DNA of 63,644 nt, filler included, from Folioceros fuciformis (taxonomy: Eukaryota): the NCBI GenBank assembly GCA_049999805.1. It is 23 parts of 23 records of this genome, joined end to end, with 100 filler letters (N's around TTAATTAATTAA, not from the genome) between each part and the next. Parts side by side here need not be neighbours in the genome. Positions count along the whole stretch, not along the records: positions 49,912 to 52,756 come from JBNGIO010000483.1; positions 52,857 to 54,796 come from JBNGIO010000484.1; positions 54,897 to 59,151 come from JBNGIO010000485.1; positions 59,252 to 60,263 come from JBNGIO010000486.1; positions 60,364 to 62,529 come from JBNGIO010000487.1; 18 more parts are not named here. One strand, given 5' to 3'. Below, piece by piece: positions 49,812 through 62,629 of the stretch. The notes under the pieces were generated by a model. It made no database searches, was not told where the DNA came from, and saw only the letters and a list, made by a program, of their open reading frames with translations. Position numbers and translations under genes: made by a program. The number at the start of each line of letters is the position of its first letter. Position 1 is the first letter of the stretch.

Positions 49812-50299
49812 NNNNNNNNNNNNNNNNNNNNNNNNNNNNNNNNNNNNNNNNNNNNTTAATTAATTAANNNNNNNNNNNNNNNNNNNNNNNNNNNNNNNNN
49901 NNNNNNNNNNNGCCTAATGGCTCTACAACCTTGTGCGTGCGGTGAAGGAACCCCAAAACAAACCCTAAATGAGAACACCCTAACCCGTGAAAGCCCGATG
50001 GATGAATATAAAATGACATTCATTGAATGTGCAAGAATTGTTTTTAAGAAAAAAACTTTTGAGAGATTTGTGTGTCTAGTATGGGAGAAAGTTCGTTTTG
50101 GAGTGATGCCCAAATCGGACACTCGCAAAAACAGCGTCTTGAGGTATATGCCCTTAGATATCCGAGGTGAAAAGCATAAAATAGTCCAACCTCCCCTCTA
50201 TCCGGTTTGGTATGCCATTGAAGACACTTAAAGACAAAAGTGAAATAAGGCGAAAGTTAAAAGTTAAAAAATCAAAAATCAAAGTTAATCTAGGGTTGC

Positions 50300-51782
50300 C
50301 TTGATGAAGAAGCCAATTTAGTCCTTGTCTTGAGGTGACAACAAGTGTCCATGCTTCATTATGCCCTACCTTGGGAAATAACCAAACGTCCATGCTTTAT
50401 GATTCCCTACCTTAGGAAACAAGCTTGTGTTGTGTGTTTAAGGCATAAACTCCTAAGAAGATGCAATTGTAGCGACCACCAGTATTTTGAGACGAGTGGT
50501 CTACATGATTCCTAGCTAAACGAGTGGTCTACATGATTCCTAGCTTTAGCTGTAGCTTGGTTGCAAAGTATAAAAGGCTAGGGCAAAAGCTTTGAGGATA
50601 CAGAGAATAGTAATTGTCTCATTACTTGAGAAGGAGCTTAGTTGTGAGCTTACTATAAATGGCTTGAACAACAAGCTTATTAGACAGAGTCTAGGAGAGT
50701 AGCTAGTTGGGTGTAGATCGCCTAACTTTTATTGTAAGTATTCGTGAATAAAGAGTAGCATCTTGAGGAGGTGGTTTATAAGTTATTAGTAGACAGTGGA
50801 CTTCTTGGAGCCTAAGTGTTAAGTCGTATGAGAGTTGAGTGCAATTTATGAGTTGAACGCTACGAAGTAAATGATGAGATATGAGGTCATTGCTTCCTTC
50901 TACACTACGTAAGGAAAGAGGTGTTATTTGGTTGGCATCAAAGCAAAGTTTACTCCTCAAAGAGATAAGAGAGTACCAAGATGGTCAAGTGCTGAAAGAT
51001 GTGATCCTCTACCTCAACTGTTGAAAGAGGAACAAGGTGAGAAGATGCTGCCTACCGGCGAGAGCATTTGGATGAAAGTCAAAATATTGGAAGATGCAAC
51101 TGGTGGTTGCCTTATGACAACGTTTTCCTAAAGTTTTGCTTGAAGTTCTACAAGGGTTGAAAACATGTAGGAAAGAGGCAAAGAGGAATCGAGTGTCCAC
51201 ATATCCGCAAATTAAAGATGTGGAAGGAAATCAAGATATTTCTCAAATCTTCCAAACAATCCCAAGGGCAAACCTAAAATTGGCCATACCAAATAAGTAT
51301 GAAGGAGAAAGAGATCTACAAGCTATTGATTCATGGATCTATTTTATTGAGACATATCTCACCTCATCTCGGTTTGGGCCTTAGCATTACTTGGCTACTA
51401 TTGGCAACTTCCTTAAAGGTTATGATAAGTATTCGTCCTTAAAGGAAGTTGCTAGTAGAACCCAAGTAATGCTTGGCTTAAGACCAGATAAAGCATGATA
51501 ATTCTCAATAGAATAAATGCATGAATCAATAACTTGTAGATCTCTTTCTCCCTCATACTTATTTGGCACGACCAACTTTAGTTTTGCGCTCGGGATTGCT
51601 TCGAAGATGTGATTCTTTTCTACATCTTCAATTTGTGGATATGTGGACTCTAGATTCCTCTTTGCGTTTTTCTTAGATGTTCTTAACTCTTCTAGAACTG
51701 TAGTCTGGAAGAACTTGTCATAAGGCCACCACCATTTTTGTCTTCCAATCTTTTGAGTTTTCTTAAGATGGTCCTGCGGCAA
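50300..51782. mobile_element. Gypsy-type LTR/PBS and two diverged gag N-termini facing each other
   Basis: Degenerate PBS TGGCATCAAAGC at 50933. PNKYEGERDLQ.IDS.IY.IE.Y on + (51136-51420) and on - (51420-51782). Confidence 0.75.
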
Positions 51783-52339
51783 GGCAAATTAGTTGCCTAA
51801 AAATAGCCCGAACATACCATCGATTACAATTATTTGGATCCAATTCAATCTTCTACATTTTCTTCTTTCGCTTAGCATCCCTCGAATATGTATGGGTTGT
51901 CATACTTGCATGAAATTGACATCATAATCAAAATATATCATCCATGCTTCATAATATCAATACCATGTCGGGCACTGCCCTCGTATGTTACGTGGCTATT
52001 CTCGAGAGATCACAAGACTAGTACTAGACTAGCTACTCGTTTTGAGGGGATGTTATTCAGCCCGATACATGCTACGTTTGTTTGCCTTCGAGTAGCATGC
52101 AATCACGAGGAACTAGTGTATGAGTTTAGGGTTGTCCTATATATATACCCTAAACCATATATTGATCATATGAAAGGTTTAAAAAAAAATACTGAATGAA
52201 AATTAAAAAATTAAAAAATACTGAATGAAAATTAAAACATGAATGCCCTAAATGAATTTGAAACCCCAAATGATAGACATAGCAAGTACATGACCATTAT
52301 AAATTAGTCTGAGCACTCTTGGCTAAGCAAGTATGTTGA

Positions 52340-52735
52340 GGTACGTTTTCACTTTTCCTCTCTTCCTTTTTGGTCCCCTCTCTTTTGCTCTCCTTTTTTT
52401 CTCCTCTCCACTTTTTGTTTTTGTTGAATGTATTCTCTCTCTCCTTTGGTTGCGTTTCTCTTTTCATTCCTAATGTATTTCATCGATATTGTGTGTCACA
52501 TGAGTGGAGTGCGTTTGGTTACTTGGATTGTTTCTTTTTTCTCTTGTTGTGTGTGTTTTCTTCTTTTTCTTAGGGTTCTTCATTGTCTCTTCTCTTTGTA
52601 ATATGTTTGACCTAAGTGCTTTTTTCCTTCTTCCGTTGTTTCTATTGTGTTTCCTCTTAGAGTTTTTTTGGTTTTTTTTTCTTTTTGAGCTATTTTTTCT
52701 CTCCTTCTTTTGAGGTTTCATTGTTTTTTGTCGTA
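52340..52735. repeat. Low-complexity T/C-rich tract
   Basis: Long pyrimidine-biased sequence without clear periodicity. Confidence 0.8.
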
Positions 52736-53332
52736 ATCCTAATCTTAGTCTTAGTCNNNNNNNNNNNNNNNNNNNNNNNNNNNNNNNNNNNNNNNNNNNN
52801 TTAATTAATTAANNNNNNNNNNNNNNNNNNNNNNNNNNNNNNNNNNNNNNNNNNNNACACACGCAGCTTGGTGAGTTAGTAAGTTACGCCGTGAACTACA
52901 AAGGCATTGAAAACGTTCTTCATCCTAGCTCCCAATTCCATAGAACACAAAAATAGCGTTTGAGCTACCTTCCCCAAGTTACAGCGCTGCGCGGCGCAAC
53001 TTCAACAACTACCGACTTCTGCCCTGGCTGCCCCTTTTGCCTAGCACCAGCCATCTTCACGATACAGCGTCCAGCTGAGTTGGCTTCACGCTCTTGCATC
53101 AGCACTGCTGCTTCCATGATGCCTTGCTACTGTACCCTAAGTTCTGCTATTTTCCCACGTTGGGCAGCAAGGTTACACCAACAACAAGTTGGGAAATACC
53201 CAATATGTGGAAAAATGACAAGAAAATAAAGGAAAATGGGGGAAAATAAGTAGAAAAAGAAAACCAAACCATACCACTCTTAACCCTTTTTTAACCAAAA
53301 CAAACCACTACCTCAAACTTTGGAGGTTCACA

Positions 53333-53875
53333 AGGTGGCTACGATTGTAGTGGTGCCTAAGAAACAACCTTGGAAGATTCTCGTCTGCCAGGATTGGAGG
53401 GGGCTGAATAAGGATACCAAGAAGGATCATGTCCTATTACCTTTCATTGATAACATCCTAGATCTGGTTGTAGGTAGGATGGTGTATTCCTTTTAGGATG
53501 GGTATTCTGCGTATAATCAGCTACACCTAAGGGAGAGTGGCTGGCCATTGGCAACCTTCACAACGGATTGCGGCACCTATGCTTACAAGCGTAGTGTGTT
53601 CGGATTAACAGGGGCACCATGATCATTCATGTGAGCAATTATCAAGATCTTCAAGGATTTTCTCCAAGACTTTATGGAAGTCTTTCGAGATGACCTCTAC
53701 GTGTTTGAGACGGTGGAAGATCATCTAAAGTATCTATGGAAGTGTTTAGAACAATGTCGGGTGACGCAATTGTGTTTACATCCGAAGTAGTGTTACTTTG
53801 GGATGTCAGAAGGTATTCTACTGGGGCACCAAATCTCAACCATGGGGAAAGAATTGGACCCCTATGAAATGGAAA
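53333..53875 (+). mobile_element. Degenerate Ty3/Gypsy RT fragment, abutting repeat family B
   Basis: Frame from 53335: IVVVPKK..VCQDWRGLNKDTKKDHVLLPFID..SF*DGYSAYNQ..FGLTGAP*..EVFRDD..LHPK*CYF..LLGHQIS. Confidence 0.9.
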
Positions 53876-54329
53876 ATTTTGGTAATCGGTCTAAATTAGT
53901 CTAGGAAAATCTGACTTGGTTTCTTTTTGTTCAGAACAATTCAAAGGGAGGCATGTAGAAGGTAGGTTTTTGGGCAAGCACTCATGGTAGGTAGTGAGCG
54001 GCTGGTGAAGGTTTTTATGGATTTTTTTTAGTTCTATTCTGGTAGGTTAGGATAAGAAGATACCTACATAGTAGGAGGTCTACCTACGTACGTAGAGAGC
54101 CAAAAGTGAAGAGTGGGGCTAGCCCTTGCGAATACTAGTCCCACATGTACCAAAGCCTCTTCGATGTCGTGATTGAAGATAATGAAGGGCTTACCTAGAA
54201 TCAGGGCCAACGATGCAACTAGGCTTGTAGTAGTAATTGACTTGTAAATTGTGCTTGCTAGAGCCCTTTACATAGCAAAGGAAATACGCTACCAAAACAA
54301 AGGCCTCCAATAAAGAATATGAGACCAAG

Positions 54330-54796
54330 GGTCTCTAATTTGTGAGAGGTTCTCGATGTGAGTGAAGTCTTTATTCCAAGCTGCATCTACAAATCAATGG
54401 ACAAAATCAGGTGGACCCACAAGAACCCCCAATACCTGCAATCCCTACGAGGAGGTCATGTGCCTCCTCCCGTTCCCTCATATATGGAAGAAGAGAATGA
54501 TGCCTAAAGGGGACCAAACTCTGCACTTAGACAACTTGACCCTCAATTCCGCTTAGGAGAGCTTTGAGGAGAATAGATGGAAGGTTGCCATTACTTTGTC
54601 CCTTGGCCTAAGAATATGAGTGTTTTGGGCCATGGACGGGAAAAGACATTCTCAAAATGCCTTGGCAATAAAAGATACCACTTGAAAATCTGCCATGGCA
54701 AAGAGGGCACCATTATTGAATTCCCTTGTCTTGTGCCATTGAATTAAAAAGTGAGACACTCTTGATGACAAGATCATGTTGCCATAGGAGAGCTTG
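54330..54796 (-). mobile_element. Third CRE-like RT fragment
   Basis: GTRQG..GALFAMA, CLFPSMAQNTHILRPRDKV, LRVKLSKCRVWSP, GLQVLGVLVGPPDFVH. Paralogous to 36150-36420. Confidence 0.82.
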
Positions 54797-54896
54797 NNNN
54801 NNNNNNNNNNNNNNNNNNNNNNNNNNNNNNNNNNNNNNNNTTAATTAATTAANNNNNNNNNNNNNNNNNNNNNNNNNNNNNNNNNNNNNNNNNNNN

Positions 54897-55290
54897 ATCT
54901 TGACCAGCAAAATCCCAAAAGCTTACTTGCAATCTCATTTCTGGATGGAAGAGGGATTCCACTGCTATGCCTTCAGTTTTTCTCCATGGCTTCCATATAT
55001 ACTCCTTCATCGGCCTACTCCATTCTTTTGATTTTGCTTGAAAATGATGGAATTTGCAGATGTTTTCTCGCAGCATCGTTTTTCCTTCATGAAAAAATGT
55101 TCAAGCACAACTGAGTTACGTGATGACCTGCACATTCAACAACGATAAAAAGAAAGCATTATTACCTGCAGCTGGTGGACCGAGAAGGAAAATTCTACCA
55201 ATAGTTGGAGTAGCAAATTGCAGATTCTGTGCTCGGAATTGAGCGAGATAGGTTGACAACTTTCTATTTCGCTGTAATTTTTCCTCCATC
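54897..55290 (-). CDS. TORNADO1-like ROCO protein, Roc GTPase exons (55290-55166, 55084-<54897), possibly a pseudogene fragment
   Basis: Spliced EEKLQRNRK...GRIFLLGPPAAG|KTML (P-loop across a GT-AG intron), TEGIAV (switch I), FWDFAGQ (Roc G3). Confidence 0.85.
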
Positions 55291-58239
55291 CTGCTTCCTT
55301 TCCTGCTGGAAGGTCGCTAACTATCTTTTCCAAGGATATATTTTTTTTCCAACATATCCATCAGCTGGATGTCCAGCACCTCCTCACACCTACTCCACCA
55401 CCATATTTTTATCCAACATGTCCATCAGCTGGATATCCACCACCTCCTCACGCCTACTCCACCACCACAGACATCGCTACACAACTCAACATCAACTGGA
55501 GTCAGTGAAGCCGTTCGCCCGGCCACAGAATCCCCAGCTCCCAGAGGATTGTCCACAGAATCCCCAGCTCCCAGAGGATTGTCTCTAACGTCTAACCGAT
55601 ACTGCACACACCGCAACCTATTGTAAAAATCCACACCACAATCGCCGGTACAATGCTACACACCCACCTGGCCACATACCATCCATACCACTCTACACAC
55701 ACAGGTTTCATCCGCTCACAATGCACTACAAGGACTGCTTGCTATATCTCGCCGAAACACGAACCTACCCACCTACCATGCAACAACCGTCCACCCCACT
55801 CAACAACCATCCATCATCAGCTCATTCTACACTGCCCACACTGCTACACCTCCCCACTATCCTCGCACGAAGGCCGTTGCCCCTTCCTACTGGGCCTGTT
55901 GGCAAAGTACCTGGGCGTCAGCACGTGACACGACTCACTAGTACTCGCGACCACCCACAACCTTCTTCCGCACGCCGCCCATGGATCCAACACCCAAACT
56001 CATCAAGGCAAGCCCTCGGCCCCAGGCCTGCCAAATCCGACTGCTCGGCTTCGGATGACCACCCTTCGAACCACCCAACACACGTACATGTTATCAACTG
56101 CCACACCCTCCAAGCCTACCAATGCATTCCACACAAGAACACACCAACCTTGCCAGCTACCATGCCACAGGCATCCATATCGATCAACGCAGGATCATTA
56201 GCTCGAACACCATTGCCAGCAATCGCACACCTCCACAAACCACGACGCCCTCTAGCACACTATCTCGCAACAAATGCCATTGCCCACAGCTACTAGGCAG
56301 GTTGCCGGAGTACCTGAGCTCCAACGCATCACAAGACTCACTCGAATCCACCCACAACCTCCATCGGCCCTGCGCCCATCGGTCCCGGATGCCAGATACC
56401 AACGTCGAGAGAGACTCTTTTTCGCTCAGTGTGTTCCACTTTGTAGGCAACCTACAACACGATTCAGAAGCTTCCGACCTCTCTTCCTCCGACCTTCCCA
56501 GCGCTCTCGCCCGCTCCCCTCCCCTGGCCCTGCCACGCATCTTGGCATCTTTTCATCAACTTCCTGGACCCATCCGCCGGTACGGCGCCTGTGCATCTGA
56601 CAGCACATCGAAAACGCCCACGATAGAAAACAATTTTCTGACTTTTTCCACCCGTGGTCGACAAGTGAGCGGGGTGCGGAGAGGGAGAGCTACTCCATCC
56701 CACCACCGTCTTCCATCACAACTTACCATCACCTCACCAGCTTCAGGCTATTAACGCTTGCACAACTCTGTTTCAACTCGAGATCGTCGGTGAATTCACA
56801 GTCATGCACTCACCTTAGCACAGTGCGTGTGAATGACATGGCTACCAAATGATGACGTCTGCAAAACGCTTGCCTGCGCCTGCACCACATGGCCTGAGAC
56901 CCCAGCAACTTCATCCCTCGCCCATAATGTCGGGACCAGTAAGTGCTATTTCACATGGTGGCCTCCATCCACTGCACCACGACTTCGGAATTACCTTCTC
57001 CTCTCGCATACGACAAGTGTACAGGAACAGAAATCTCACAATCATATACAATGCATTGCATGGTTATGACAGCTATTGCTGGCACCACCTTCCTTGCAGC
57101 AGAACAATGCATAATATTATACAAAGACGTGAGTCAAGATCTGGGCCTTGGGAAAAGACCACGCCTATTTCACCGCCCTCATCCGCTTATCCTATTCAAC
57201 GACTGGAACCGAGCTGACTGAAACCGTACGTTTGCCACTGATTGCAAGAGCTCTAGACACAGGACGACAGCCTGGAGGAGCCGTGGACGGAGGACGCCTT
57301 GAAACTCGTGACAACATGGTGGCCTGAACCATTGTGACAAATTATGTCAATGAATGCATATGCATGTCATCTCAGCAGTCTTGCCAACCTTCCGGCCCTG
57401 CGTGAAGCGCATTGCAGACAGAAACATGGAGAGTCAACGTGGTTCATCAGAGAGCCTTGTGTATGCAAGCCCAGGGGAGTTTCTCATTCTCGACTCATGT
57501 CATGACTCAGTGAAACAAAGGAATCATGTGGATGTGTTGACGATTCTACACTACAAGCATGATCGGCAAGCATCATTTTCTTGGAACACTCGCATCCTGC
57601 TGTCGAAGAAACGTATAGGTGCAGACACTCACCTTGTTTTGCATTGCTTTAGCCGTGCAATCAAATGTCTCCTCACCAGTGTCTGCGTTCGTGTCTCAGG
57701 AATGCAGTACGACAGGCCGTCACGCAAAGCAAGAATGCATTTGTCGCTTGTGCTTTTAGAGAGCTGGAAATTACCCAGTTCCTCACAATCTCTCGCTCGC
57801 GCCCACACACGGACCTCAAGATTTGTGCTCTGCATCTATTTGCTCTCGTCCTGCCACAAGAACAGTAACTGCCGTACAGTGTTCGAGGAAGCAAGACGCA
57901 ATCGACTACCACTCATCCCATCACTTGCCTACACTTCGCTCCTGGGACAAATAAATAACAGGTGGAAATAACAGGGGTCACCCTCTGAGCCTACCCCTAA
58001 TTGAGCATTTCTAAGCATCGGCGAGTGGGGGACAGGCAGATGTGAGTTTAGACTCCTGGTCTGTCCAACTAATGCTCTCTGCTAACATAATCCGTGTTTG
58101 TTTGTGGTGGAGATGGTTTCATTTGCCTGTAAGAAAGTAGGGCTTCACTGTGAAACCTCTGGAATCGACTGAGCTCAGCAATAGGCGCGAGCACCAGCGG
58201 GCTTCCTCTTGTTTCCAGTTCTGTTCCGACGGCCGCAGA

Positions 58240-59151
58240 ATGCCACGGCTAAGCTCATTTCCACGACTTATGAGCGTCCCAGAGCTTATCACACCATGCG
58301 TGTTTGGACTTGGATGTGTGATTTTGTTGTGGAGTCTGGCATCAAGAGTGCCAGGTGTGGAACGCTTAAATTGCTGTTGCAGGGTGATCATTGAGGATGA
58401 GATCTGTGTACTTAGGTTCAATGCGCCCTAGCAAACGGAGTCCAATCCTGACTCCGCGCTAGCGCTGGTGTTTTCGATTGGAAGGTCTCCGACGTTGTGC
58501 AAGGACCTCCCTCACCTCAGGAGTGCCAAGCGCTTGGCTACACCACACATTGTTAATGCTGGTTTGGACTGAAATCATGGACGGGGAGGCCACGACTCCT
58601 GAGTCTGCTTACGAGGAGGTGCTCACTGGAGGGCGGGATGGGAGTGTTGTGGTGGAAGCGGCGGAAAAGTACTCCCAGCTGAGCATTCAGGTGTGTTGCT
58701 TAGGGGCTTTGATCTGTTATGGAGGCGTGGATCTTGAAGTCCTCGTCAAGATGCTAATCCAGGTTCCGAATCCAGACCATCTTTCGTCATGATCGAAGTA
58801 TGCTTGTGCTTTGCAGGCAGACAAAAAACAAGGACCTAACTAAGATACCTCTAGTTGGCGGAAGGCAGATGCGGAAGAAGTTGTGGCGTGTTCGTCAGAG
58901 ACATTGCGAGACGGTGGGGTGAGCCAACCAAAACGAGGCTCCGTACGGGCCTTTGCTGTCTTCCTTCTGTGCTTAGCGGAGGTTGGCTTCTGACCTTGAA
59001 GCATGTGCGATTGTGAACTGCTGGAAGCTAAAATGGTCTACAGTGGGCGCGCTAATGTGGAAGTGTTGCCAGCAGCAGCTGTGAAAGGAGAGTCTCTGGC
59101 TTACCTTGTGCGCAGGTACGAGGCGGAGGGAATTTCTCCACGGATTACATT
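58240..59151 (+). pseudogene. SPP: Sucrose-phosphatase (SPP) pseudogene retaining introns
   Basis: MPRLSSFPRLMSVPEL/HTM, LRFNA, LVFSIGRSPTL, TEIMDG, YSQLSIQ|ADKKQGP, KMVYSG..VEVLP...KGESLAYL follow plant SPP in order. The catalytic DLDHT motif is broken, with several stops and frameshifts. Confidence 0.85.
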
Positions 59152-59251
59152 NNNNNNNNNNNNNNNNNNNNNNNNNNNNNNNNNNNNNNNNNNNNTTAAT
59201 TAATTAANNNNNNNNNNNNNNNNNNNNNNNNNNNNNNNNNNNNNNNNNNNN

Positions 59252-60263
59252 GTTAACCAGCCGGGCCGTCCTGGAAGGCTGAACTCGGCACCGCCCTATG
59301 GGCCTCTAGATGCATCCAGCCAACCAGCCCCAGGCGCTCTGCCCCCATATCAGCTAGCCATCCTGCTACGTCCCGATCTACCTCTGTAGCTGGCTAGCGG
59401 CCGCCTAGCCTGAACCTCACTTGCCAGCCAGCAGTGCAAGCACAACCTGGATCAACCCGAGGCTCGCTTGGTCGACTTGGGTCATCCCAGCTGCCTACTT
59501 GGACTCCAGCAGCCGGACATGTCTGGATTTTGCTCTGCCTGACCACCTTCAACTGCAGCCAGGTCGGCCCCAGACCAATCTGCCTGTCTTGCCCAGGCCC
59601 GACCATCCTGGATCCACGTGCAGCTGGCCCTTGCTACTTGCTTGCAGCCAAGTTTCTGCGCGACTGGGGCCGCTGCCCACCCTCAGCAGCCGGGCTGCTT
59701 GCCAGCCCCTGCAAGCCGCCTGCCTACCGCCTGCTTCCGGATCCGGCTAGCTGGCCACACGACACCCTCCTAGCCGCTTAGCCCAGGCCGCCTGCCCACC
59801 ACGATCCCGCCATCCAGCACTGCCAACCCATGCTCGGGATCCTGCAGCCAGGCCGCCGCCCGGCTTCCAAATTTGGTCCCGACCTGCCTGCTCTGCCGAC
59901 CTCCTAGATTTGGCAGCCTTGTCTGGTTGCCTGGCCGGGCTGAGCTGCCTGCTCCTTACGAGCTCCTGCTGGGCAGCCCAGATCTAGCCATCTGCAGCCG
60001 CTGCAGCCCCTGACTGGCCCAACCTCGACCAGCCGACAGCTGCTGGCCCGGCCATCCTCCGGGCCGCCTGCCGGCCGGCCTGGCCTCCCAGATCTAGCCA
60101 GGCAGCCCGCCCCCAGGCTCACCCGCTGTCTGCTCGCAACTGGGGAGCTGCTAGCCTGGCCATCCTCCAGGCCGCCTGCCGGCCGACCTGGCCTCCCAGA
60201 TCTAGCCAGGCAGCCCGCCCACAGGCTCACCTGCTGTCTGCTCGCAGCTGGGGCGGGCTGGGC
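59252..60263. repeat. GC-rich repetitive contig with a 108-bp tandem duplication
   Basis: Units at 60038-60145 and 60146-60253. Recurrent CCAGATCTAGCCA motif. Confidence 0.8.
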
Positions 60264-61416
60264 NNNNNNNNNNNNNNNNNNNNNNNNNNNNNNNNNNNNN
60301 NNNNNNNTTAATTAATTAANNNNNNNNNNNNNNNNNNNNNNNNNNNNNNNNNNNNNNNNNNNNCCCTTGCCCATGCCCTTTTCCTGTCTATCATCACCAT
60401 CACCCGCACCCCCTTTTGCCTCCCCCGCATTCAACGAGTCCCTGACAACAGACCCTAAACAACCCTAAACCCTGACAACAGACTAGAACCCGGGCTTCTG
60501 ACTCTTGCCACTCTCCAAAGGCACGCTGAACGCCACCTTCATCCTCCATGGCATCCTGTTAATTCCAAATCTACCAACACGTCATTTCGATCGGCATCTC
60601 TTCCTCGCTCCAATGCTGAATCAAAGCATAGTGAAGCCCTAAATGGCTCTTCCCATGCAATAAGTCGGCGACAAGCCTGAACGTGGGGCAAATGGATAGC
60701 CCGTGCAACTACGCCGCTTCAAAAGTGACACACACACAAGATGGGACATATAACCCGGCACCCACCGAAGCACAAGGTTTATCCACAGGTATTAAAACAT
60801 CGCCATGACGCAGTATGTAGTCTCCTGCTACAACGTGTCAAACAAAGTGATAATTTCAATCTCAATAAATTGTATTAAAATAAAATAAAAACATTATAAA
60901 AAAAACAATGTTTGTGGTGTGTTCTCATACACGAAGGAAACATTTTACTTTTTGGGGTTGTCTCATAGCCAAAGGGTGCGCTTCCCCAATGACCCCATCA
61001 CACTTTTGATGAAGAGAAGCATAATATGTGATACCCATTCCATAACTAAACTTGTATAATGATTTATTTTCAAAATATATCATATATTATCAAAATTAAA
61101 TAATGCTAAAAAATAATATAATTAAACATAGATTACATTAATACATTACTAGAATGGGGATCTTTATTACTATAGGTGTTGTCATAGAAGCCAACATGCA
61201 TGGTACCTATTAACTTTAGAATCTATTTTTTTTATCATTTTTTTTTTTATGAAACTTTGCAACTTTGTAGGAGGAGGAAACTTGGTGACAGTAGATAATC
61301 TTGGTGAAACTATCTACTATCATAGAAATAACTAGTGTATATAGCACATTAATATTACTCTCCTCTACCTTCTTACAAATATGACTTTTCTTCTTTAGTT
61401 TCAAGCTAAACTTTAA

Positions 61417-61791
61417 TTCATCCTTACATGTGATGAAAACATCGGAGATAACATGACGCATCAACATGTTATCCAATTTATTTTTGTGGTCCTCTTGTCA
61501 TTAGACAAATGGTTGCTAGCAATAATTCTTTCTACTAGAGTCAACAGGGAAAACATTTCGTCATGGGACTTAGTACTTAACAACTTGTAGCAAAATATAT
61601 CTGTTATCCAATTTAGTATATCGTTTAAGTTAAACTTTTGTTCATCCTTACACGTGGCTAAAACATTGGTGATAACATGACATTAACATGTTATCCAATT
61701 TATGTATTTAGTCCTCTTATTATTAGACAAATGATTGCTAGCAATAGTCTTGTCTTTTGGAGTCCACCGAAGAAAGCATCTAGTCATGGGA
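61417..61791. repeat. Diverged direct repeat, period ~225 bp
   Basis: TTCATCCTTACA...GTCATGGGAC at ~61417-61570 and ~61642-61791. Confidence 0.8.
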
Positions 61792-61940
61792 CAGATGGAG
61801 TAGTGTAGGGGAGTTCCTTAGTTGGAAGCCTGTTTTTCAGGAAAGTGGAAGTGAACACAGCTTCTGCCTAGTATGCTTTTGTTAAGCCTACGAGTTTAAG
61901 GAGGGACCTCAAGATTTCCAACAAGGAACGATTCAGTCGT

Positions 61941-62529
61941 TCAGCGAAAGGGTTCTATGAGGGAGTATAAGGTACCTTGGAAACATGAAAGGGCCTCGTC
62001 CTTTCGCTTCAAGAAGTAGACATGGCAGTATCTGCTCCATTTGTCTAGGAACGTAATGAAATAGTTGTGGCCTCCAAAGGAGTCGGTGCTCATGGGTCCA
62101 CATATATCGGAGTGGATTGTCTTAAGCAGTCGTCTGGCACGGGTAGGAGGAGGGTCTTTGAAAGGTGATTGGTTTAACTTGGTATACTGACATATCTTGC
62201 AGAAGAAGTCCTTGTGAACTGTGAGCTTGACAGGATCCTTATACATGGTGGGGTCTGCAAGCATGTTGAGGTATCTAGAGTTCATATGGCTTGCACGGCA
62301 GTGCCGTAACAAGGACTTGTTTGAGGATGTTGGTGGACTGCTATCTACCAAGAGTGATGTACATTGGATGTTCAAGAGGTAAAGATCATTGAAGGGAAGT
62401 CCGTGAGCCAAGGCTATTTTGTCAGGGTCTTTGCTGTGACAGATGGTGCAGTGGTTTCCTTGGAACGTGATGGTGAGGTCATGTTTTGTGGCTAACTTAC
62501 GGACTGCCAGCAAGTTCTTGGTCATTGCA
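61941..62529 (-). mobile_element. Copia integrase N-terminal fragment
   Basis: KNLLAV, HCRASH, CKIC, IHSDICGP, FLDKWSRY. Confidence 0.93.
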
Positions 62530-62629
62530 NNNNNNNNNNNNNNNNNNNNNNNNNNNNNNNNNNNNNNNNNNNNTTAATTAATTAANNNNNNNNNNNNNNN
62601 NNNNNNNNNNNNNNNNNNNNNNNNNNNNN

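Noticed and set aside
52370-52721. Phe/Leu-rich and Lys-rich ORFs (also 15175-15525)
   Set aside because: By-products of low-complexity purine/pyrimidine tracts.
56833-57971. ORFs up to 205 aa
   Set aside because: No recognisable motif or consistent exon structure, so no call can be supported.
59394-60230. Pro/Ala/Gly-rich ORFs in the GC-rich contig
   Set aside because: Expected from high GC content and internal repeats; no domain evidence.
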